Part shown: positions 19,160-26,254 of the stretch, in pieces | How the letters are laid out: each line of letters opens with the position of its first letter | Numbering within the stretch: position 1 is the stretch's first letter | Assembly: GCA_964580065.1 (NCBI GenBank) | Contig: CAZOJE010000002.1 | Coordinates: forward strand, 66,978-130,977 | Reading direction: 5' to 3' | Length of the DNA stretch: 64,000 nt | From: an uncultured Candidatus Saccharibacteria bacterium | GTDB taxonomy: Bacteria; Patescibacteriota; UBA1384; DTJR01 | Notes under the pieces: model-generated | What the model saw: the letters and a program-made list of their open reading frames with translations, nothing else | Databases searched by the model: none | Told to the model about the DNA's origin: nothing | Made by a program: the position numbers and the translations under genes

Positions 19160-19432
19160 TCAAGGTCGTTCAGGTAGAATATTTCCTTCCAAGCCGTTTA
19201 AATCACTAGAATCCACCAAAACAATTTTTTCAAAAATGCTCGTATTATTAAGCTGTTTTGGATATTCAAATTCAAAACGATCAAGCATATATTTTGCCTC
19301 ATCGTGCGGTTGTCCAAAAATTCCCGCAATTGCTTTTTTACCAGTCTTTTCAAGAAATTCTGCATAAGAAATAACGCTGGCAACGCCGTCTAAATCAGGA
19401 CTAGCGTAACATGTAATTAAAAATGGTTTCAT
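19160..19432 (-). pseudogene. N-terminal (DHH) fragment of a family II inorganic pyrophosphatase
   Basis: YASPDLDGVAS..EAKYMLDRF..VLVDSSD; breaks just before the expected IIDH motif. Confidence 0.78.
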
Positions 19433-19442
19433 ATTTATGTTT

Positions 19443-19546
19443 GCACTAATTAGTGCGGCGCTATGTGTTACTTTTCATCTTACTTCTTCGTGATGCTTCG
19501 TGTGGTGCGGCGCTAGGCGCCGCTTTCACCACGCTTAGCGTGGTGG
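19443..19546 (-). repeat. tRNA 3'-linked double-hairpin repeat (copy after tRNA-Ala CGC)
   Basis: Minus strand: CACCACGC-TAA-GCGTGGTG AAA GCGGCGC-CTA-GCGCCGC ACCACACGAAGCA...AAGTAACACATAGCGCCGCAC; nearly identical to 20465-20590. Confidence 0.9.
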
Positions 19547-19614
19547 ACCCACCGAGAATCGAACTCGGAATTCAGCAATGCGAATGCCGTGTTATACCAT
19601 TTAACTATGGGCCC
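19541..19614 (-). tRNA. tRNA-Ala (anticodon CGC), encoded CCA
   Basis: Cloverleaf GGGCCCA...TGGGTCC-ACCA with G3:U70; anticodon loop TTCGCAT; GTTCGATT T-loop. Confidence 0.92.
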
Positions 19615-19798
19615 GTAACGGTTTAAATATACCAGAAAAATGCACTTTCGCTAGGTATAAAATATAAATTCATTGTCGGCACTTATAAATTTAGCCGATA
19701 TTGCACAGAATTTTTTCCGAAACAAACATTTTTTGAAATATTTTTTCATTTTTTATCGAAAATTTGAAAAAAATCTGTTTGCAAGATATTATTCTGTT

Positions 19799-20362
19799 AT
19801 GCAAATTATTCTTAACAACCAAAATAGGCCGAAAATTTTTGAAAAATCGCTGGCAATTTTAGCCAAGGGCGGCATGATCATTTATCCGTCCGATACCGTT
19901 TATGGCATTGCCGTAGATGCCACAAATCCCGTCGCCATTGATACTGTCGAAGTTTTAAAGGGACGGCGACCAGAGCAGAAATTTTCCTTTAATTTTGCTG
20001 ATGTCGAAATGATTGAAAAATTTTATTCCATAACCGATGAGCAAAAAGAAATTTTAGAAAAATATCTGCCCGGACCGTTTACCTTTATTCTCAATAACGA
20101 TCTATCGGTCAGAATTCCGAAGGATTCAATTATTACCGAAATCACCAGATTTTATGGCAAGCCGACAACGGCGACAAGCGCCAATCTTACTGGCGAGCAC
20201 CCAATTGACAGTATAAAAAAATTAAATGTTAAAATATATCTCGCCGCCGATCTCATCATCGAAGATTCTGACTTTGTTGGCTCGCCACCTTCTACAATAG
20301 TTGACTTAAGAAATAAACCATACAAAGTCATTCGCCAAGGGAAGCTTCCATTTAAGGAATAA
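19799..20362 (+). CDS. tsaC: L-threonylcarbamoyladenylate synthase (Sua5/YrdC)
   Basis: IIYPSDTVYGI, LKGR, LPGPFT, TATSANLTG, PSTIVD; start at ATG 19799. Confidence 0.9.
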   Translation: MQIILNNQNRPKIFEKSLAILAKGGMIIYPSDTVYGIAVDATNPVAIDTVEVLKGRRPEQKFSFNFADVEMIEKFYSITDEQKEILEKYLPGPFTFILNNDLSVRIPKDSIITEITRFYGKPTTATSANLTGEHPIDSIKKLNVKIYLAADLIIEDSDFVGSPPSTIVDLRNKPYKVIRQGKLPFKE

Positions 20363-20382
20363 TTTTGATAAGATTCAACCGA

Positions 20383-20469
20383 GGGCAAGTGGCGGAACTG
20401 GTATACGCGTAGGTCTCAAAAACCTATGGCCGCAAGGCCTTGTGGGTTCGATTCCCACCTTGCCCACCA
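20383..20469 (+). tRNA. tRNA-Leu (anticodon CAA), encoded CCA
   Basis: GGGCAAG...CTTGCCC-ACCA; anticodon loop CTCAAAA; long variable arm GGCCGCAAGGCC. Confidence 0.95.
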
Positions 20470-20590
20470 CGCTTAGCGTGGTGAAAGCGGCGCTAAGCGC
20501 CGCACCACCCAAAGCATGATGCAAGTAACACCTAGCGCCGCACCACGACAGTGAGTGAAAGCGGCGCTAAGCGCCGCACCACACGAAGCA
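20465..20590 (+). repeat. tRNA 3'-linked double-hairpin repeat (two units plus a half unit after tRNA-Leu)
   Basis: CACCACGC-TTA-GCGTGGTG; GTGAAAGCGGCGCTAAGCGCCGCACCAC..AAGCA twice; AAGTAACACCTAGCGCCGCAC half unit. Confidence 0.9.
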
Positions 20591-20668
20591 AACAACCCAA
20601 ATTAGAAAAATCGAAAAATTATATTTCTACTAACGAGTTGAGTGAAGGAAAATAAGAAAGGACGGGAA

Positions 20669-21796
20669 ATGTTGAAAATTGATCTAAAATCATTTGAACA
20701 GGCCCCAGATAATTGGAGTGAGGTTTTCGATTATCGCGAAGATCTCAATGCCCTCAAACCACAACTCGAGGAATTCGCAAGATTCAACAAAATTATCGTT
20801 ATCGGCAATGGCGGCTCTATAACCTCTTTTGATAGCTACACCGCCGCCCTAAGGCCGCAAAAACCGTCAGCCACAGTTTGGACGATGGAGCCAGACTATA
20901 TCAACAAAATTAAATCTTCCTTCGCCAAAGACGACACCCTTGTAATTGCAATTTCGAAATCAGGCAATACCTTGGGTCTGCTCGAAGCCCTTTTTGCCTT
21001 TGAAGGATATGACGTATTAGTTGTTACAAATCCCGAATCAGGCACTTTGAGCCAAGTTGCTAAGACAAAAGGTTACAGAATAATCCCCCACCCTCCAATT
21101 GGTGGGAGATTTTCGGGCGGCACTAGCTCGGCATTTGTGCCCTCATTCCTCACCGGCCTAAATGTAGAAAAAATCCAACAGGGTTTGAGCGATGGCTATA
21201 ATCTTAAAAATGAGGCCTACAGTCTGGCGAAATATTATTTTGATCTTGAAAACCAAGGTTACAACGAAGTTTATTTACCTATTTACAGCGAATCTCTCAA
21301 GGGTTTTCAAAATATGATTATTCAGTTGATGCATGAATCTGTTTGCAAATCTGGCAAAGGGCAAACTTTTTATGCCGCTTTGTCGCCCGAAGCCCAGCAT
21401 CACACCAACCAAAGGTTCTTGGGCGGTCGCGTTAATGTCATTGGCACTTTTTTTGTCGTCAATCAACCAAATGAAAATATCAAACTTTCTCTATCGGAAG
21501 AAACAAAAAATTTGGAATATAAGGGAAAAACGTTAGAAGTAATCAACGACCTCGAACTGCAAACCGGCTTAAAGGCGGAATATCTTGGTACTAAAAAAGA
21601 TGCTGATGAAAAAAATATTCCAAATGTTACAATAGAAATAGACAAAATTAACGAACAAAGCGTCGGAGAGTTGCTGGCTTTTTGGCATCTCGTGGCGTTT
21701 TACAGTGCAATCCTTCGCGACGTCGATCCTTTCGATCAACCAGCTGTTGAAAGAAGCAAGGATATTGCGCTTGAGGAAATAATTAGTTTGAAATAA
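20669..21796 (+). CDS. pgi: Glucose-6-phosphate isomerase (short SIS-domain form)
   Basis: IGNGGS, ISKSGNTL, IGGRFS, QLMHES, DPFDQPAVERSK. Confidence 0.85.
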   Translation: MLKIDLKSFEQAPDNWSEVFDYREDLNALKPQLEEFARFNKIIVIGNGGSITSFDSYTAALRPQKPSATVWTMEPDYINKIKSSFAKDDTLVIAISKSGNTLGLLEALFAFEGYDVLVVTNPESGTLSQVAKTKGYRIIPHPPIGGRFSGGTSSAFVPSFLTGLNVEKIQQGLSDGYNLKNEAYSLAKYYFDLENQGYNEVYLPIYSESLKGFQNMIIQLMHESVCKSGKGQTFYAALSPEAQHHTNQRFLGGRVNVIGTFFVVNQPNENIKLSLSEETKNLEYKGKTLEVINDLELQTGLKAEYLGTKKDADEKNIPNVTIEIDKINEQSVGELLAFWHLVAFYSAILRDVDPFDQPAVERSKDIALEEIISLK

Positions 21797-21823
21797 TTGC
21801 TGAAATAACCACAAGGAGGGGCT

Positions 21824-22990
21824 GTGGAAAAAATAGAGTCTATAACGGGCCGTGAAATTCTTGATTCGCGCGGCGAGCCGGCTCTTGAGGTAGAGCTAGA
21901 AACGAACAATCACATTAAAACGATCGCTTCGGTGCCAAGTGGCGCTTCGGTTGGCTCATTTGAAGCTCTCGAACTAAGAGATAATGATCCGGCACGTTTT
22001 AATGGTCAGGGACTTCTAAAAGCAATCGCCAACGTTCACAATATAATCGCCCCTGCTCTCGTCGGCATCGGTATAGAAGATCAAAAAAACATAGATCAAA
22101 TTTTAATTGATTTAGACGCTACCCCTCACAAAAGTAATTTGGGCGCAAACGCCACTTTGGCAGTATCTATTGCCGCCTGCAAAGCCGCCGCGATCAAACA
22201 GCAGACTCCCCTTTTCCGATATATCGGCAATTTAGCCGAAACAGAAGGATCAAAAGTGCCCACTCCTCTATTTAATTTTATCGAGGGGGCCAAACACGCC
22301 GATAATAACTTAGTCATTCAAGAATTTCTTGCTATTGGCCAAAAGGATAATTTCAAAGCCAATTACCAAGAGGCGTCGGAACTGTTTCATCGACTCAAGG
22401 ATCTGCTCAAGGATCGTGGTCTAACTATTGCTGTCGGCCACGAAGGTGGTTTTGCTCCTAATCTCCCTTCCGACGAAGATGCTCTTCGCCTACTTCAGCA
22501 AGCCGGCGTAACAAAAATCGGTTTGGATATGGCGGGGGTGGTTCCGAAGGAAACAACTTTAAGCAAGCTCGTTTCAACCTACCCCATTGTTTTGCTCGAA
22601 GATCCGGCCGAGGAGGACGATTTTGACTATTGGGCTGAAATCACCAAGACATTTAGCAAGGATATTTTAATCGTTGCTGATGATATTTTCTCCTCAACAA
22701 CAAGCCGCCTCAAAATGGGCCACGAAAGAGGTGTAGCTAACGCTGTAATCGTCAAACCTAATCAAGTCGGAACGATTAGCGAAACAATAGATTTTGTTAA
22801 ATCAGCCCGTGAAATGAATTATAAATTAGTCGTCTCTCATCGTAGCGGCGAAACCGAAGACACTTTCATTGCCGATTTTGCCGTTGGTGTAGCGGCAGAT
22901 TATACAAAATTAGGCGCACCCTCCAGAGGTGAAAGGGTCTGTAAATATAATCGACTTTTAAGAATTGAAGAACTTTTAAGCCAAAAATGA
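21824..22990 (+). CDS. eno: Enolase (compact, 388 aa)
   Basis: REILDSRG, VPSGAS, EGGFAP, KPNQVG, SHRSGETED, ERVCKYNRLL. Confidence 0.95.
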   Translation: MEKIESITGREILDSRGEPALEVELETNNHIKTIASVPSGASVGSFEALELRDNDPARFNGQGLLKAIANVHNIIAPALVGIGIEDQKNIDQILIDLDATPHKSNLGANATLAVSIAACKAAAIKQQTPLFRYIGNLAETEGSKVPTPLFNFIEGAKHADNNLVIQEFLAIGQKDNFKANYQEASELFHRLKDLLKDRGLTIAVGHEGGFAPNLPSDEDALRLLQQAGVTKIGLDMAGVVPKETTLSKLVSTYPIVLLEDPAEEDDFDYWAEITKTFSKDILIVADDIFSSTTSRLKMGHERGVANAVIVKPNQVGTISETIDFVKSAREMNYKLVVSHRSGETEDTFIADFAVGVAADYTKLGAPSRGERVCKYNRLLRIEELLSQK

Positions 22991-24552
22991 GCAAAGTTGC
23001 GCTAATTATCCTAGATGGATTTGGCATTTCGAGAGTTCAGCAAGGGAACGCCATTCTTTCAGCCAAAACGCCCTATCTGGACCGTATATATCAAAAATTT
23101 CCCAAAGCATTGCTTAACGCTTCTAGCCAAGAAGTTGGTTTAAATTGGGGCGAGGTAGGAAATTCCGAGGTAGGACACACAAACATTGGCCTAGGGCGGA
23201 TTGTTCTACAAGATTTGCCGCAAATAGATAAATCTATTCGAAATGGCGCAATCGAATCTAAGAATACGATCGTAGAAATTAAAAAAACGCTGGCAAAAAA
23301 TAAATCAAATCTTCATTTAATGGGAATTTTTTCTGACGGCGCCGTGCATGGCCATATCGATCATATGATTTCTTTCATTCAGATGTTTCGCAATAGCCCC
23401 TCACTAGAGAAGATTTATTTGCATCTTTTTGCCGACGGACGAGACTGCGCCGAAAAATCTATAGAAAAATACATCAAGATAATTAATAGTTATTTAGATG
23501 ACAAAGTGATAATTGCCTCTTTAAGCGGACGATTCTACGCCATGGACCGCGATAAAAATTACGATCGTTTAAAGCTTGCCTATGAGGCAATTTTTTCTGC
23601 CAGCCCAAGAAAATTTGCCAACATCTCCGAAGCCGTAAAAGATTCCTACGAAAGAAAAGAAACTGATGAGTTCATAACCCCATGCTCGTTCGTGCAAGAA
23701 GTTCCGAATCTAGATGAGGACGTTTTTGTTTTTCTTAACTATCGAGCCGATCGGGCTATTCAGCTAACCAGAGCTTTTGTCGACCAAAAATTCGAAGATT
23801 TTGATCGCAGAGGTGAAGCAAAAAATTTTTATACTTTAACAACTTATGACGATAATCTAACGGCTAAAGTTATCTTTTCTAATATCGAATTAAATAACCC
23901 CGAAACTAATCCCTTATCTAACCCACTTACAAAAATTATTAGCGACAATGGTTTATCTCAATTTCACATAGCTGAAACAGAAAAATACGCTCACGTCACT
24001 TATTTTTTTGCCGGCGGCGAAAAAAATCCTTTTCAGAAGCAAGAAAATATGCTTATTGAATCGGCCAAGGTTAAATCATACGATTTAATGCCGCAGATGC
24101 GCGCTCAACAAATAAGTGATGAGGTTATTTTAGCCGCCGATAAAGGATTCGATTTTATTGTCGCTAATTACGCTAATGGAGACATGGTTGGCCATAGCGG
24201 TTCCATGGAGGCGGCTGTTGTAGCTATTGAACATCTCGACAATTGCCTTAATCAATCCGTCACAAAACTTCTAGAAACAGATTACGATGTCTTTATAACT
24301 TCAGATCACGGCAACTGTGATGAAATGATTGACCCTAAAACAAAAAGAGTTAGCAAAGAGCATAGTTTAAATCCGGTCCCCTTTATTTATGTATCTAAAA
24401 ATTCGTCTGGAAATTATATCTCAAAAGCCGAGTTCTACAATAGCCAGCCAATTGGAATTTTAGCCGATATTGCCCCGACAGTTTTAGCTGATCTCAATAT
24501 TGAACCTTCGCCAGAAATGACGGGGTTAAATTTAAAGGAGTCGTTAAATTGA
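22987..24552 (+). CDS. gpmI: 2,3-bisphosphoglycerate-independent phosphoglycerate mutase, copy 1
   Basis: ILDG, GNSEVGH, AETEKYAHVT, NGDMVGH, SDHGN, EHS. Confidence 0.93.
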   Translation: MSKVALIILDGFGISRVQQGNAILSAKTPYLDRIYQKFPKALLNASSQEVGLNWGEVGNSEVGHTNIGLGRIVLQDLPQIDKSIRNGAIESKNTIVEIKKTLAKNKSNLHLMGIFSDGAVHGHIDHMISFIQMFRNSPSLEKIYLHLFADGRDCAEKSIEKYIKIINSYLDDKVIIASLSGRFYAMDRDKNYDRLKLAYEAIFSASPRKFANISEAVKDSYERKETDEFITPCSFVQEVPNLDEDVFVFLNYRADRAIQLTRAFVDQKFEDFDRRGEAKNFYTLTTYDDNLTAKVIFSNIELNNPETNPLSNPLTKIISDNGLSQFHIAETEKYAHVTYFFAGGEKNPFQKQENMLIESAKVKSYDLMPQMRAQQISDEVILAADKGFDFIVANYANGDMVGHSGSMEAAVVAIEHLDNCLNQSVTKLLETDYDVFITSDHGNCDEMIDPKTKRVSKEHSLNPVPFIYVSKNSSGNYISKAEFYNSQPIGILADIAPTVLADLNIEPSPEMTGLNLKESLN

Positions 24553-24553
24553 C

Positions 24554-26080
24554 ATGAAAAATGTTGTTTTAGTAATTTTAGACGGATGGGGCAAAGCGGC
24601 AAGCTGGGGAGGTAACGCTATTACTATTGCCAATACGCCAAATTACGATCGTATATTAAGAACATATCCAAATACGTTGATTGAGGCCTCTGGCATGAAT
24701 GTTGGCCTGCCCGGGCACGAGGTAGGCAACTCCGAGGTCGGCCATATGAACATTGGTGCCGGCTCAATCGTTTGGCAGGATATTTCAAGAATCAATAAAT
24801 CGATTATCAATGGTGATTTTTATTCAAACAAAATATTAGTTCAAGCAATAGAATCGTCGAAAAACTATAATACGGCCGTGCATTTAATGGGAATTATTTC
24901 TGACGGTGGTATCCACTCACACATCGTTCATTTGTTAGCTCTATTGAAATTGTGCTCTAAAATCGGTCACAAAAAAGTTTTTATCCATTGTTTTACCGAT
25001 GGACGTGATACCGATCCAATGAAAGGTATAGAATTTGTTAATAAAATCCAAAAAGCGACTGAAGCTCTTGGAGTTGGAAAAATTGCTACCATTACCGGCC
25101 GGGGTTTTCTAGATCGCAAGGGCGACTGGTCTAAGACTGAAAAAATTTATAACGCCATAGTGGACGGAAACGGAAAAATTGAAAAATCTCCCCTTGCCGC
25201 TATGAGCAGTGCTTATAAGTCAGGCGAAACTGACGAATTTATTAACCCTAGAGTCATCGAGGGCGTTGATGGAAAAGTGAATGATGGCGACACTATAATT
25301 TTCTTTAATTTTAGATCTGACCGCACAAGACAATTAACGACCGCATTTTTAGATGAAAATTTCGATAAATTTCCAAAACGAAAGATCGATAAATTAAATT
25401 TCATCTCCTTTATTCCTTATGGAACTGAAAAAGAGCTCGAATTAAATACTCAATCAGCTTTTGAAACAGTTAAAATAAATAACACGCTTGGAAAATATTT
25501 TGCCGACAAGGGAATGCGTCAATTCCATATTGCTGAAACCGAAAAATATGCTCATGTCACCTATTTTGTCAACGGGAATCAAAATGAGCCATATCAGATG
25601 GAAGATAGGATTCTCGTGCCATCGCCTGATGTAAAATCTTATGATCTAAAACCAGAAATGTCTGCCGAAGAAGTTAAAAACGAGCTCATCAAACATATCC
25701 AGAGGAATGAATATAGCTTTACTATTTGCAATTTCGCTAATGGGGACATGGTTGGACATACCGGCGTTTTCAATGCGGCCGTAAAAGCAGTAGAATTTCT
25801 TGACAGCAAAATCAAAGAAGTTGCCGACGCTTGTTTAAGTATTGGTGCGCCACTCATTCTCACCGCCGATCATGGCAATATTGAACAAATGGTTGATCCC
25901 CAAACCGGTCAACCCTACACTGAACACACCAATAATCCCGTACCTTTCATTGTAGTTTCTGATAGAGAGGATTTGAAACTTAAAACAGGCGGCCGGCTTT
26001 CAGACATTGCTGGAACGGTTTTGGATTTAGCTGAAATGGAAAAGCCAGAATACTTTGACGAGAGTCTAATTATCAAGTGA
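24554..26080 (+). CDS. gpmI: 2,3-bisphosphoglycerate-independent phosphoglycerate mutase, copy 2
   Basis: ILDGWG, GNSEVGH, AETEKYAHVT, NGDMVGHTG, ADHGN, TEHT. Confidence 0.93.
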   Translation: MKNVVLVILDGWGKAASWGGNAITIANTPNYDRILRTYPNTLIEASGMNVGLPGHEVGNSEVGHMNIGAGSIVWQDISRINKSIINGDFYSNKILVQAIESSKNYNTAVHLMGIISDGGIHSHIVHLLALLKLCSKIGHKKVFIHCFTDGRDTDPMKGIEFVNKIQKATEALGVGKIATITGRGFLDRKGDWSKTEKIYNAIVDGNGKIEKSPLAAMSSAYKSGETDEFINPRVIEGVDGKVNDGDTIIFFNFRSDRTRQLTTAFLDENFDKFPKRKIDKLNFISFIPYGTEKELELNTQSAFETVKINNTLGKYFADKGMRQFHIAETEKYAHVTYFVNGNQNEPYQMEDRILVPSPDVKSYDLKPEMSAEEVKNELIKHIQRNEYSFTICNFANGDMVGHTGVFNAAVKAVEFLDSKIKEVADACLSIGAPLILTADHGNIEQMVDPQTGQPYTEHTNNPVPFIVVSDREDLKLKTGGRLSDIAGTVLDLAEMEKPEYFDESLIIK

Positions 26081-26123
26081 TTTTTATTGATAAAATGACT
26101 GTTTTGTGGTAATTTTATACCTT

Positions 26124-26200
26124 GGGCCTGTAGCTCAGTTGGCTAGAGCGCATGCATGGCATGCATGAGGTCAGGGGTTCGAGCCCCCTCAGGTCCACCA
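26124..26200 (+). tRNA. tRNA-Ala (anticodon GGC), encoded CCA
   Basis: GGGCCTG..CAGGTCC-ACCA, G3:U70, anticodon loop ATGGCAT. Confidence 0.95.
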
Positions 26201-26254
26201 TGCTTCGTCGTTGCTGATAATTTGCAAACGAAAAATTAACCCAAAACTAGATTT

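Noticed and set aside
19090-19173. Possible C-terminus of another gene (LNDLEANRQVCSIRWEDRWEKKIKIST*)
   Set aside because: Too short to assign; counted only as an unknown piece of the mosaic
19443-20590. CRISPR array interpretation of the GCGGCGC..GCGCCGC repeats
   Set aside because: Only 1-2 units per site, no regular unique spacers, fused to tRNAs, and no cas genes in the window
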